A DNA stretch of 64,000 bases. Origin: an uncultured Gemmataceae bacterium (lineage in GTDB: Bacteria > Planctomycetota > Planctomycetia > Gemmatales > Gemmataceae). Under the pieces are notes generated by a model. The model did not search any database. It was not told where the DNA came from and saw only the letters and a program-made list of their open reading frames with translations. The stretch covers positions 2,240,001-2,304,000 of the forward strand of contig CAVVPN010000003.1 of NCBI GenBank assembly GCA_963750165.1. Reading direction: 5' to 3'. Numbering within the stretch: position 1 is the first letter of the stretch; each line of letters begins with the position of its first letter. Made by a program: the position numbers and the translations under genes. Below are positions 50,667-61,904 of the stretch, one piece after another.

Positions 50667-51582
50667 CTTCCAGCTTTTCCTGCTGCTCATACTGGCCGCG
50701 GGCGTTCAGCGCAACGTAGCGGGCCTGCGTCACCAGATCATTGCGGCGCAGGTAGAAGCGCAGGAACGCCCGCACCTCCGGCCGCTCCAGCGCCGTGCGC
50801 CGCACGTACACGAACAGCGGCCGGCTCAACGGCTGGTACTGCTTCGACAGCACCGTCTCGGTGTTCGGCTCGACATACGGCCCGCCCGCCTTCGCCGCAA
50901 CCGCGACCACGCCCAGTTCGCTGCGGTTGGACTCGTAGTAGGCCAGGCCCAGGTAGCCCAGCGCGTACTTGTTGGCCGCGACGCCGTTAATCAGGTTGTT
51001 GTCGTCCTCGCTGCTGCTGTAGTCGGTGCGCGACGAACCCGCCTTGCCGTTGACCGCCTCGGTGAAGTAGTCGAAGGTGCCCGAGTCCGTCCCGGGGCCG
51101 TACAGCGCGATCTCCTCCTCCGGCCAGCTTGAATCGACATCGCTCCAGAGCTTCGCGTGCCCCTTGGCCTGCCAGATTTTCTTGAGCTGCGCCACCGTCA
51201 TGCGCCGCGCCCAGGTGTTGTCCTTGTTGATGATGACCGCCAGACCGTCCCAACCGACTTGCAGTTCGAGGTAGTCGATGCCGTGCTTCCGGCAGGCCTC
51301 GGCTTCCGCGGGCTTGATCGGCCGCGAGGCATCCTGCAGGTCGGTCTCGCCCGCGGCGAATTTCTTGAAGCCGCCACCCGTGCCGGAGATGCCGATGTTG
51401 ATGCGCACGCCTGGGTGCTGCGTCGTGAAGCCCGTCGCCATCGCCTTGGTAATCAGGTAGACCGTGCTGGAACCGTCCACCTCGATCTTGCCGCGCAGCC
51501 GATCCGGGGAGTCGTCCCCGTGACAGCCGGCCAGGACCAGCGGCGCCAGGCAGATCGCGAGCAGCAGGAGAAAGAGTCTCAT
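50644..51582 (-). CDS. pstS: Phosphate ABC transporter substrate-binding lipoprotein
   Basis: LAGC lipobox, [41 protein letters not shown]. Confidence 0.95.
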   Translation of the reverse strand: MRLFLLLLAICLAPLVLAGCHGDDSPDRLRGKIEVDGSSTVYLITKAMATGFTTQHPGVRINIGISGTGGGFKKFAAGETDLQDASRPIKPAEAEACRKHGIDYLELQVGWDGLAVIINKDNTWARRMTVAQLKKIWQAKGHAKLWSDVDSSWPEEEIALYGPGTDSGTFDYFTEAVNGKAGSSRTDYSSSEDDNNLINGVAANKYALGYLGLAYYESNRSELGVVAVAAKAGGPYVEPNTETVLSKQYQPLSRPLFVYVRRTALERPEVRAFLRFYLRRNDLVTQARYVALNARGQYEQQEKLEESLVIGH

Positions 51583-51667
51583 GGGTCGATGCAGTTCCGT
51601 TGTGCGCGGCGCAGGATTCGAGTCGCCAAAGACGACCAGAGGGATCGTATGACGAACCCAGGGGCAG

Positions 51668-51704
51668 GTTTATGAACGGGACGCGAAGATTCAATGAAGA
51701 ACGG
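51668..51704 (-). promoter_or_regulatory. Candidate PHO box upstream of pstS
   Basis: CTTCAT-N5-CTTCGC-N5-GTTCAT at 11-bp period; CCGTTCTTCAT-N19-CATAAAC shared with the pstB site. Confidence 0.7.
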
Positions 51705-51715
51705 ATCGGTTCGGC

Positions 51716-51979
51716 TCAGGTCGGCGGGGGCGGCAGTTGTTCGTTCTTGTAGCGCGGATACAGGTCGAGGCCCATGACGAGCAGGGCGACGAGGACGTGC
51801 TTGGCCACGACCAGCGCCAGGATGGCGGGCAGCGGCCCCAACGTGATGCACCACACCGTCAGCAGTACGGTAATCATGGTCATGCCGACCTGCCACAGGC
51901 GGAAGTGCAGGCGACGCAGGTTATCGTCGTCCGCGACGGAGACGCGCGGCGGCAGTTCCGGGGGTGCCAGGGACGCCAT
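51716..51979 (-). CDS. Small two-TM membrane protein
   Basis: RBS GAGG; two hydrophobic segments; fills an intergenic gap. Confidence 0.65.
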   Translation of the reverse strand: MASLAPPELPPRVSVADDDNLRRLHFRLWQVGMTMITVLLTVWCITLGPLPAILALVVAKHVLVALLVMGLDLYPRYKNEQLPPPPT

Positions 51980-52046
51980 GACCTCAGTCCTCGGTGTCGA
52001 GCTATCGACGTTTTCAGCGTAGCCGCCGCCGTGCCGTCAGGCAAGT

Positions 52047-53169
52047 TTATTTCGCCGGCGGATCGTAGCGCTTGACGAACTTCACCCGGCCATCTAGCCG
52101 GACCAGGAACGCCGGCCGCCGGACGCACTGGTCGGCCTCGAACTTCAGCGGCCCGCTCAGGCTGGCGAAGTCGGTCGTCGCCGCCAGCTCCTCGCGCAAG
52201 GTCCTGCTCCCCTCGAAGCTGCGCTTCTGGGCCGCGAACAGCAGCCAGGCGTTGTCGTATGCCAGCGCCGCGGTCGCGTCCGGCTCCTCCTGGAACGTCT
52301 CCCGATATTTCGCAGCGAACTCGCGCATGTGCGGCGTGCCGCCCTCCTGGACGAACGCCGTCACCGCGTAGACGTTGGAGCGCGTGTCGCGCTCACTCAA
52401 CAATTGCGCCAGGCCGTCCTCGAGGCCGCCGAACAGGACTGGCGGCACCTCATTCGGCTCCTCAAGCGGTGCGGTGTCGGCCTGTCGGAACGCCCGCAGG
52501 TTCTCCACCGTGCCTGCGAACAGCACCGCGTTCGGCGCGTCCTCGCGCAGTCGTCGGGCCAGGTCCGCGAACTTCACTTCCTTGCCGAAACGCACCATCG
52601 TCAGCGGCGTCGCGTCCTTCGCGCTGGCCCAGGCGCGGGCGAAGGCGTCCGCCAGCTGGCTGAACTCCGGCCCGCGTTCATCCACGAGCACGGCCACCCT
52701 GGCGGCCTTCAACTCCTCACGGGCGCAGCGCCAGCACCTCGCCGCGGAAGGCGGGCGCCAGGCCGGTGCAGAAGACGTTCTCGCTCAGCGCCGGCGACCG
52801 CAGACCGCAGGGGCTGACGATGACGACGCGGGCGCGGTCGAGGCGTTCCAGCTCCGCCGGGGTGGTGCCGCCGAGCAGCGCCTGCACGCGGTTGACTGCC
52901 ACCAACCGCACCGCCTCGGCCTCCAGCAGTTCCAGTTTACCGTGCGACTCGGCGTGCAGCACGTTGACGGCGCGGCCGGCGCCCTGTTCGGGATCCTTGT
53001 CGGCCTGGATGACCGCCAACCGGACGCCGCGCTGGGCGGCGCCGGCGTCGTGCAGGCCGGTGATCTGCCCGTACAGCAACGGCGGTTGCGTGCCGCGGGT
53101 GCCGCAGCCGGTCAGACACAGCAGCAGTGCCGGCGCCACGGCCGCGAGCAGCGTTCGCAGGTTGACCAT
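52047..53169 (-). CDS. Periplasmic binding lipoprotein (LivJ/branched-chain type); frameshift at about 52725
   Basis: LTGC lipobox, RGVRLAV, VQALLGG, FAAKYRETFQEEPD..AALAYD, SLSGPLKF; RBS GGAGGAG. Confidence 0.8.
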
Positions 53170-53203
53170 GTGAAACTCCTCCGCAGGAACTTTGCCATCA
53201 GCG

Positions 53204-53220
53204 TGCAAACGTGGTGCCAG
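53204..53220 (-). promoter_or_regulatory. Sigma54 (-24/-12) promoter
   Basis: Minus strand CTGGCACCACGTTTGCA = TGGCAC-N5-TTGCA, 35 nt upstream of the ATG at 53169. Confidence 0.75.
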
Positions 53221-53323
53221 TCGCCACTCCCGGGCCCCTGGGCGCCGCAGTGTTTGACGTTGCCGCGGCGCGTCCATAGGTTGAGCGCTGGAAACTTTCT
53301 TTCTCGCATCAGGAGGAGCCTCC

Positions 53324-53845
53324 ATGCAAGAGCGTCCCAACGCCGTCAAGTTCAAGGACAAGATGCTGACCCTGGTCGGCCCGCAGTTGAAGACCGGCGA
53401 CAATGCGCCGGAGTTCACCTGCGTCAACGTGCTCGACCCGGTGCGCCTGGCCGACACGCCGAAGAAGGCCCGGCTGTTCAGTGTCGTGCCGTCGCTGGAC
53501 ACGCCCGTCTGCAGCCAGCAGACCAAGAAGTTCGACGAGAGCGTCGGCGCCCTGAAGGACAAGGTCGCCTGCTACACGATCAGCCTGGACATGCCGTTCG
53601 CGCAGAAACGCTTCTGCACCGCCGAGAACATCACCAACATGACGAGCCTGTCGGACCTGCACGACCAGTCGTTCGGCAAGAATTATGGTGTGCTCATCAA
53701 GGGCCTGCCCATTCCGCTGCTGTCGCGGGCCATCTTCGTCGTGGACAAAAACGACAAGATCACCTACTGCGAATACGTGCCGGAAGTCGGCTCCCACCCG
53801 AACTACGAAAAGGCGCTGGAGGCGCTGAAGGCCGTCGCGGGTTGA
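53324..53845 (+). CDS. tpx: Thiol peroxidase (atypical 2-Cys peroxiredoxin)
   Basis: SVVPSLDTPVC, ISLDMPFAQKRFC, LLSRAIFVVD, HPNYEKAL. Confidence 0.94.
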   Translation: MQERPNAVKFKDKMLTLVGPQLKTGDNAPEFTCVNVLDPVRLADTPKKARLFSVVPSLDTPVCSQQTKKFDESVGALKDKVACYTISLDMPFAQKRFCTAENITNMTSLSDLHDQSFGKNYGVLIKGLPIPLLSRAIFVVDKNDKITYCEYVPEVGSHPNYEKALEALKAVAG

Positions 53846-53852
53846 TTGGATT

Positions 53853-53946
53853 TCACCACAAAGACACAAAGAGCACAAAGGAAGACAGGAAAATCAACAA
53901 ATCCATTCTCCTGTCTTCCTTTGTGCTCTTTGTGTCTTTGTGGTGA
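53853..53946. repeat. Perfect 38-bp-arm palindrome with CACAAAGA repeats, between convergent genes
   Basis: TCACCACAAAGACACAAAGAGCACAAAGGAAGACAGGA and its exact reverse complement at 53909-53946. Confidence 0.9.
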
Positions 53947-53947
53947 T

Positions 53948-54835
53948 TCACTCTTTGTCAATAAACCGCCGCGTCAGGTCGCCGTACGCATCAATGCGCC
54001 GGTCGCGCAGGAACGGCCAGTGCTGGCGAATCTCCTCCTGCTTCCGCACATCGCAGGGCACCACCAGCAGCTCCTCATCGTGGTGCGCCGCTCGCTTCAG
54101 CAGCATGCCGAACGGGTCGCAGACGAACGACGCCCCCCAGAACTCCAGCCCGCCGTCCGCCGGCCCCTCATGGCCCACGCGGTTCACCGACGCCACGTAC
54201 ACGCCATTGGCCAGCGCGTGCGAACGCTGGATCAGCTCCCACGCCTGGTGCTGCCGGTCGCCGAACTCCGCCTTCTCGCCCGGGTGCCAGCCGATCGCCG
54301 TCGGATAGAGCAGCACCTGCGCCCGACGCAGCGCCGTCAGCCGTGCCCCTTCGGGGAACCACTGGTCCCAGCACACCAGCACGCCAACACGGCCGAAGCG
54401 CGTGTCGAAAGCGCGGAAGCCCACGTCGCCGGGCGTGAAGTAAAATTTCTCGTAGTACAGCGGGTCGTCCGGGATGTGCATCTTGCGGTAGACGCCGAGC
54501 AGACTGCCGTCAGCGTCGAGCACCGCGGCGGTGTTGTGGTACAGCCCGGCGGCGCGGCGCTCGAACAGCGACGCCACCACGACCACGCCCAGTTCCTTCG
54601 CCAGGCGACCCAGGCGCTCCGTCGAGGGCCCCGGGATCGGCTCCGCCAGCGCGAACTTCGCGTGGTCCTCCGTCTGGCAGAAGTACAGCGCGCGGAATAG
54701 CTCCGGTAAACAGATGATCTGGGCCCCGGCCCGGGCGGCGTCGCGGACCCGCTGCACCGCTTTTTCCAGGTTGACGGCCGGGTCCGGGTCGCAGCGCATC
54801 TGCACCAGGCCGAGCGTGAACGTCTTGCCAGTCAT
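53948..54835 (-). CDS. Carbon-nitrogen hydrolase, N-carbamoylputrescine amidase-like
   Basis: LPELF, YRKMHIPDDPLYYEKFYFTPGD, VCWDQWFPE (E-K-C triad), FLRDRRIDAY. Confidence 0.9.
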   Translation of the reverse strand: MTGKTFTLGLVQMRCDPDPAVNLEKAVQRVRDAARAGAQIICLPELFRALYFCQTEDHAKFALAEPIPGPSTERLGRLAKELGVVVVASLFERRAAGLYHNTAAVLDADGSLLGVYRKMHIPDDPLYYEKFYFTPGDVGFRAFDTRFGRVGVLVCWDQWFPEGARLTALRRAQVLLYPTAIGWHPGEKAEFGDRQHQAWELIQRSHALANGVYVASVNRVGHEGPADGGLEFWGASFVCDPFGMLLKRAAHHDEELLVVPCDVRKQEEIRQHWPFLRDRRIDAYGDLTRRFIDKE

Positions 54836-54865
54836 GCGGGGGTGTCCTCCTCTCCCGGCATTATA

Positions 54866-54950
54866 GGCGAGCGGCGCGGCGTCAGCCCGCCGGTGCTGCG
54901 AAGTCCCTAACACTTCGCAGCACCGGCGGGCTGACGCCGCGCCGCTCGCC
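54866..54950. repeat. Perfect 39-bp-arm GC-rich palindrome in a divergent promoter region
   Basis: GGCGAGCGGCGCGGCGTCAGCCCGCCGGTGCTGCGAAGT and its reverse complement at 54912-54950. Confidence 0.88.
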
Positions 54951-55048
54951 GGACTGCTCTTTTTATTTGACACCGGACGTCCTTCGGATACCCTGAACTA
55001 TTAGATTCCCACCAAATTTCCCGCCTGCAGAGCACGAGGACGCTGCCG

Positions 55049-57319
55049 ATGCGAAGGTTGTGCTGTTGTAGCGTGATCGTGATCCTGGCCTGGCTGCTGA
55101 CCGTCGCCCCCGAGACGGTCCACGGACAGCCTGCCAGGAAGAAGAACGCCTGGGCGTTCCAGCCGCCGGTGCGCCCGGCAGTGCCCCCCCCTCAATCTCC
55201 CCCCTTGCAAGGGGGGGGGATTGAGGGGGGGGTGGGTGCGCAATCCCATTGACGCTTTCATCCTGGCGAAGCTGACCGCGAAGGGCCTCGCGCCCGCCGC
55301 CGAGGCCGACCGTCCCACGCTGCTGCGCCGCGTCACGTTCGACCTGACCGGCCTGCCGCCGACGCCCGCGGAGATCGATGCCTTCGTCAACGACACCGCT
55401 GCCAACGCTTACGAGAAGGTGGTGGACCACCTGCTGGCGTCGCCGCGCTACGGCGAGCGCTGGGCACAGCACTGGCTCGACCTGGTGCGCTTCGCCGAGA
55501 GCGACGGCTTCAAGGCGGACGACCCGCGGCCGCTGGCGTGGCGCTACCGCGATTACGTCATCGCCGCGTTCAACGCCGACAAGCCCTACGATCGCTTCGT
55601 GCAGGAGCAACTCGCCGGCGATGAATTGTTCCCCGGTGAGCCGGCGGCGCTGGTGGCGACCGCGTTCAACCGCCACTTCCCCGACGAGTACAACGCCCGC
55701 AACCTGGAGCAGCGCCGCCAGGAAATCCTGAACGACATCACCGACACGACCGGTCAGGTTTTCCTCGGCGTCACCCTCGGCTGCGCGCGCTGCCACGACC
55801 ACAAGTTCGATCCGATTTCGCAGAAGGACTACTACCGCATTCAGGCGTTCTTCGCCGCCATCTCGCCGCGCGACAGCCTGCCCCTGGCGCGGCCGGCGGA
55901 GGCGCAACGGTATCAAGAGCAATTGAAAACCTGGGAGGCGAAGGCCGCGGCACTGCTGGCGAAACTGGAGCAGATGGAGGAGCCGTATCGCAAAAAGATC
56001 GCGAACCCGCTCAAGCACAAGTTCGCGAAAAACCTCCAGGAAGCGTATGACACGCCGGCGGCGCAGCGCACCCCCTTGCAGCAGCAGCTGGCCGAACTGC
56101 TCGCCAAGCAGTTGTACGTCAACCGCGCCCAGATGGCGAAGGCGATGAAGCCAGACGTGCGCAAGCAGTGGCAACTCATCGACAAGCAGATGGCACAGTT
56201 CGACCACCTCAAACCGAAGCCGCTGCCCGAGACGATGGCGGTGATCGACGTCGGCCCGGTGGCGCCGGCGACGCATCTGCTGCAGCGCGGCAACTGGCGC
56301 AAGAAGGCGCGGAAGTGCAACCGGGCTTCCTGTCGGCCATTGAGCCGAAGACGCCGGCCATCGCGCCGCCGCCGAACGGCAAGTCCACCGGCCGCCGCGC
56401 CGTGCTGGCGAAGTGGCTGACCGACCCGGCCAACCCGCTGACGGCGCGTGTCATGGTGAATCGGCTCTGGCAACACCACTTCGGCCGTGGCATCGTCGCG
56501 TCGCCGAGCGACTTCGGCGTGCAGGGCGACGCGCCGACGCACCCCGAACTGCTCGACTGGCTGGCGATGGAGTTCGTGGCTCGCGGCTGGTCGATCAAGC
56601 AGATGCACCGACTGATGGTGACCAGCGCCACCTACCGCCAGGGCAGCCAGGTGACGCCGGCGGCGCTCAAGGCGGACCCCCAGAATCACCTGTTCAGCCG
56701 CATGAACCGGCGTCGCCTCGACGGCGAATCGTTGCGCGATGCCATGCTGCTGGCGGCGGGCCGGCTCAACCTGAAGATGGGCGGCCCGAGCGTCTTCCCC
56801 GAACTGCCCGCGGAGATGGCGGTGCCGCGCGGCGGCTGGCCGATGACCGCCGACCCGGCGGAGCGCGACCGCCGCAGTGTGTACGTCTTTTTCAAGCGCA
56901 ACCTGCGCTACCCCCTGTTCGCGGCCTTCGACGCCCCGGACGGCAATGAGACCTGCGCCCGCCGTCACGTGTCCACCAACGCGCCGCAGGCGCTGATGCT
57001 GCTCAACAGCACATTGACGCTGGACCTGGCCCGCGACTTCGCCGGCCGGCTGCTGCACGAGGGCACGGGGGCGCCGGATGACGTGGTGCGCCGCGCTTAT
57101 CAGGCAGCGCTGGGCCGGACGCCGGACAGCCGCGAAATGGAGCTGGCCCAGGCGTTTCTGCGGCGCGAGGCGGAGACGGTCCGGCGGCGGCTGGCGGCGA
57201 AGCAGCCGGTGTCGCTGCCGCGTGAGGTGCCGCTGCGCGACGACCCCGAGTTCGCGGGGGCGGTGGTCGGCCTGTGTCATGTGCTGCTGAACGTCAACGA
57301 ATTTGCGTATGTGGATTGA
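55049..57319 (+). CDS. DUF1549/DUF1553 (PSD1-type) planctomycete protein; frameshifts at about 55215 and 56306
   Basis: WAFQPP, WVRNPIDAFI, LLRRVTFDLTGLPPT, YGERWAQHWLD, CARCHDHKFDP, NPLTARVMVNRLWQHHFG, PTHPELLDWLA. Confidence 0.9.
55184..55232. repeat. Palindromic element inside the DUF1549 coding sequence
   Basis: C8-TCAATCT-C6-TTGCAA-G9-ATTGA-G8. Confidence 0.85.
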
Positions 57320-57326
57320 AGAATCA

Positions 57327-57431
57327 ATTTCACCACAAAGACACAAAGACCCACAAAGGAAAAACAGAGACCGCGGATTGTAATACCCCGTTCTATCTTC
57401 TTTGTGTTTCTTTGTGTCTTTGTGGTGAAAT
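57327..57431. repeat. Palindrome of the same family as 53853-53946
   Basis: ATTTCACCACAAAGACACAAAGA ... TCTTTGTGTCTTTGTGGTGAAAT. Confidence 0.88.
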
Positions 57432-57446
57432 CCTTGAGGATTTGCA

Positions 57447-58851
<1,405 letters not shown>

Positions 58852-58900
58852 CTGGTTGGAAGACCTTGAAAAAACCGGAGCGGCCCTTCGAGCGAGCGCC

Positions 58901-59974
58901 ATGATTCAACACACCTGTCCGAGTTGTCAGCAAACGCTGGCCGCCCCGCCGCAGTACGCGGGCAAGCGCGTCAAGTGCCCCAAATGCGGCGATTCCTTCC
59001 AGCTGCCGGCGGCCGCGACCGAGATCCACACCGCGACCATCCCGCTGGAGCCGGTGCCGCCGCCGCGGAGGCCGCCACTGGCGCAGCGGGCGGCGCCGCC
59101 GCTGGCGCGACCGCCGCGGCGGCCGGAGGACGACGAGGAGGACATCCCGCTGGTCGGCCGGCGCCAGCGTCTCGGCCGGCGCCGTGGATACCGCGGCTTC
59201 CACCTCGGCGCCGGCGCCATCTGGGGCCTGGCCGGCGGCGCCGCGGCGTTTCTGTTGCTCGTCGGCGCCCCGGTCATCTGGCTCAACGCCGGCTTCACGT
59301 TCATCACCATCCTGCTCATCATCCTGGGCGCCGGCTTCGGGATCGGCCTGTTCCCGCTGACGCGCTGGATGTCGGCGGAGCGGCGCGAGGGCGAACTGGG
59401 CTCCCAGGCGCTCCTCGTGTATCTGTTCTGCCTCGGCTTCGGCCTGGCGTTCCTGGCGGGCGGCCTGACCGTGCACCTCGTCTTCGCCCAGGCGACGGTC
59501 TACATCGACAACAACACCAAGATGGACGTGCGCCTGGAGCTGAACGGTCAGCCGTGGCGGAGCGCCCAGCCCGGGGCGACGCTGCAGACGGCGCTGCGGC
59601 GCGGCAAGTACAACCTGGTGGTGCGCGACGCCTCGGGGCAGGTGCTCGACGAGATGCCGATTGTGGTGGAGGGGCCGGGCAACTACGTCCTGAATGTGCT
59701 GGGCGGCCAGGTGTACACGCGCGGCGTCGCTCACTACTCGACGCAGGGGGCGCCCATCCCGGACACGATAACGCTGGAGCACAACAAGTGGTTCAAGGCG
59801 GACGTGGACTTCCTCTTCCAGGATGCGCCCAGTTCGATCAGCATCAGCCACAGCCGCGGCCAGACCACCCCCAGCACGGCCTCGCGGACGTACCTGGTGC
59901 GCGGCGTGTTGCAGGTGGCGCCCAACCAGATGCCGCCCGGCCAACCGCCCAACCAGTTCCCTCCGAAGAAGTAA
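58901..59974 (+). CDS. Zinc-ribbon multi-TM protein with C-terminal beta-rich domain
   Basis: CPSC...CPKC, Pro/Arg linker, three hydrophobic segments. Confidence 0.72.
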   Translation: MIQHTCPSCQQTLAAPPQYAGKRVKCPKCGDSFQLPAAATEIHTATIPLEPVPPPRRPPLAQRAAPPLARPPRRPEDDEEDIPLVGRRQRLGRRRGYRGFHLGAGAIWGLAGGAAAFLLLVGAPVIWLNAGFTFITILLIILGAGFGIGLFPLTRWMSAERREGELGSQALLVYLFCLGFGLAFLAGGLTVHLVFAQATVYIDNNTKMDVRLELNGQPWRSAQPGATLQTALRRGKYNLVVRDASGQVLDEMPIVVEGPGNYVLNVLGGQVYTRGVAHYSTQGAPIPDTITLEHNKWFKADVDFLFQDAPSSISISHSRGQTTPSTASRTYLVRGVLQVAPNQMPPGQPPNQFPPKK

Positions 59975-60191
59975 CGACCCCGCATTGCGGCGAGCGGCGT
60001 CCGCGTGGCTTGCCCACTTCGCCCCGGCTGCCAGCCGTGCGGCCGCGATAAGTTGGCCTCCCCCCGGCGCAACCTTCTGGTAGATTCCGCCCCGTCACGG
60101 AGGACGCCAGGCGGCGGCGGGGGCTGCGCCTGGGTTTGCGGAAACCCCCGCGCCGCCGCCACGCCCGGGGCCGCGGCCAAGGAGGGCTGGC

Positions 60192-61775
60192 GTGGCCGGT
60201 CACTGGCGTATCCGCCACAAGTTGATGCTCGGGCTCGGCCTGGTGGTCGCCGTGCTCGGCTTGCTGCTGACCGGCACCCTCTACGGTCTCAACGCCTACC
60301 GCGTCACCATTCGCACCATCGACCACCGCCTCGTCGATCTGAGCCACGCCTTTGAGCTACGCAAGAGCATCGGCGAACTGGAGAAGAAACCGCGCAGTGC
60401 GGAACGGGAACTGCGCGAGCTGCAGGAGCGCGCCAACGCCGTCCGCGAGAAGCTGGAGAAGTACGAGCAGGCCATCAAGGCTAACCACACCCACGGCCTG
60501 TCTCCCGACAAGAGTCATGAGCAGACCGGGTACATCAGCGTCATCGGCAAACAGCTCGACGAACTCGAACGGCTGATCCACTGGCGTGAAGAGAACCCGA
60601 ACGGTGCCGCCGAGTACGAGGACAACTCCAAGCAGACCATCAACGACCTGAAGACGGCGGCTGACTGTCTGAACGAGGTCATTTACAAGGCGTCCTACGA
60701 CCACATCGACCAGGCGAACAAGGATAACCGCTTCAACATCTGGGTGATCGTCATCACCGCCATCGCCGGCGTGCTGCTGTTGACGGCGCTGCTGCGCTCG
60801 CTGTACCAGTGGATCATCGTGCCCATCCGCGACCTGCAGCAGGGCGTGGACCGCGTGGCCCGCGGCGACTTCGACCACACCATCGATGTCAAGAGCGGCG
60901 ACGAAATCCAGGACCTGGCCGCGGCCTTCGACGACATGACGGCCCGGCTGCGCGAGATGTACCGCGACCTGGCCCGGCAGGTCAACGAGCGCAGCCGGCA
61001 GCTGGTGCGCTCCGAGCGGCTGGCGGGCGTCGGCTTTCTGGCGGCCGGCGTCGCCCACGAGATCAACAACCCGCTGGCGAGCATCGCCTTTTGCAGCGAG
61101 GCCCTGGAGCGCCGCCTTGAAGAAGTGCTGGCCTTCCGGGCACGCTCCGGCGGCGAGGAGGCGGAGGTCATCACCAAGTATTTGCGGATGATCCAGCAGG
61201 AGGCGTTCCGCTGCAAGGAGATCACGCAGCGGCTGCTGGAGTTCAGCCGCGGCGGCGAGCGCCAGCGCGAGCCGACGGACCTCGGCGAGCTGGTGCAGTC
61301 GGTGCTGGAGGTGGTGCAGCATTTGCAAAGCAGCCGCGGCAAGGAATTAAGCTTCAAGCCGATGTACCGTGTGCTGGCGTCGGTGAACGCCCAGGAGATC
61401 AAGTCGGTGGTGCTGAACCTGATTGTCAACGGGCTGGACAGCATGGACGACGGCGGCACGCTAACGATCACGCTGGGGCGGCGCGGCGGCAACGCGGAAC
61501 TGGTGTTCCAGGACACCGGCTGCGGCATGACGGCGGAAGTGCTGGAGAACATTTTCGAGCCGTTCTTCACGCGCAGCCGCACCGGCAAGGGCACGGGACT
61601 GGGGCTGTCGATCAGCCACCGCATCATCAGCCAGCACGGCGGCGAGATCGAGGCGGTCAGCGCCGGGCCGAACCAGGGCAGCACGTTCACGGTGTCGCTG
61701 CCGTTGCAGCCCGCCGAGGAGGCGCCGCGCGACGATGCCGAGCACGCGCCGCGGCCGGAGCGGCGGGCGGCGTGA
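60192..61775 (+). CDS. HAMP-domain sensor histidine kinase
   Basis: Two TMs, HAMP (SGDEIQDLAAAFDDM), AGVAHEINNPL, DTGCGM, FEPFFT, GTGLGL. Confidence 0.93.
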   Translation: MAGHWRIRHKLMLGLGLVVAVLGLLLTGTLYGLNAYRVTIRTIDHRLVDLSHAFELRKSIGELEKKPRSAERELRELQERANAVREKLEKYEQAIKANHTHGLSPDKSHEQTGYISVIGKQLDELERLIHWREENPNGAAEYEDNSKQTINDLKTAADCLNEVIYKASYDHIDQANKDNRFNIWVIVITAIAGVLLLTALLRSLYQWIIVPIRDLQQGVDRVARGDFDHTIDVKSGDEIQDLAAAFDDMTARLREMYRDLARQVNERSRQLVRSERLAGVGFLAAGVAHEINNPLASIAFCSEALERRLEEVLAFRARSGGEEAEVITKYLRMIQQEAFRCKEITQRLLEFSRGGERQREPTDLGELVQSVLEVVQHLQSSRGKELSFKPMYRVLASVNAQEIKSVVLNLIVNGLDSMDDGGTLTITLGRRGGNAELVFQDTGCGMTAEVLENIFEPFFTRSRTGKGTGLGLSISHRIISQHGGEIEAVSAGPNQGSTFTVSLPLQPAEEAPRDDAEHAPRPERRAA

Positions 61776-61782
61776 CGATTTT

Positions 61783-61864
61783 TTTCTGCCGCTTGCGGCT
61801 TAGCGCGCTGGCAAACGCCCGCCGCCGGGAGGGTCGCTGAGCGCGAAGCCGCAAGCGGCAGAAA
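61783..61864. repeat. Intergenic inverted repeat (GCCGCAAGCGG family)
   Basis: TTTCTGCCGCTTGCGGCTT ... AAGCCGCAAGCGGCAGAAA. Confidence 0.8.
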
Positions 61865-61904
61865 GCGAAACCGCCCACGAACTGTAGCACAGAGGAGGTG
61901 TCTC

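Noticed and set aside
25270..57431. Short tandem/inverted repeats as CRISPR arrays
   Set aside because: No constant repeat with unique spacers and no cas genes.
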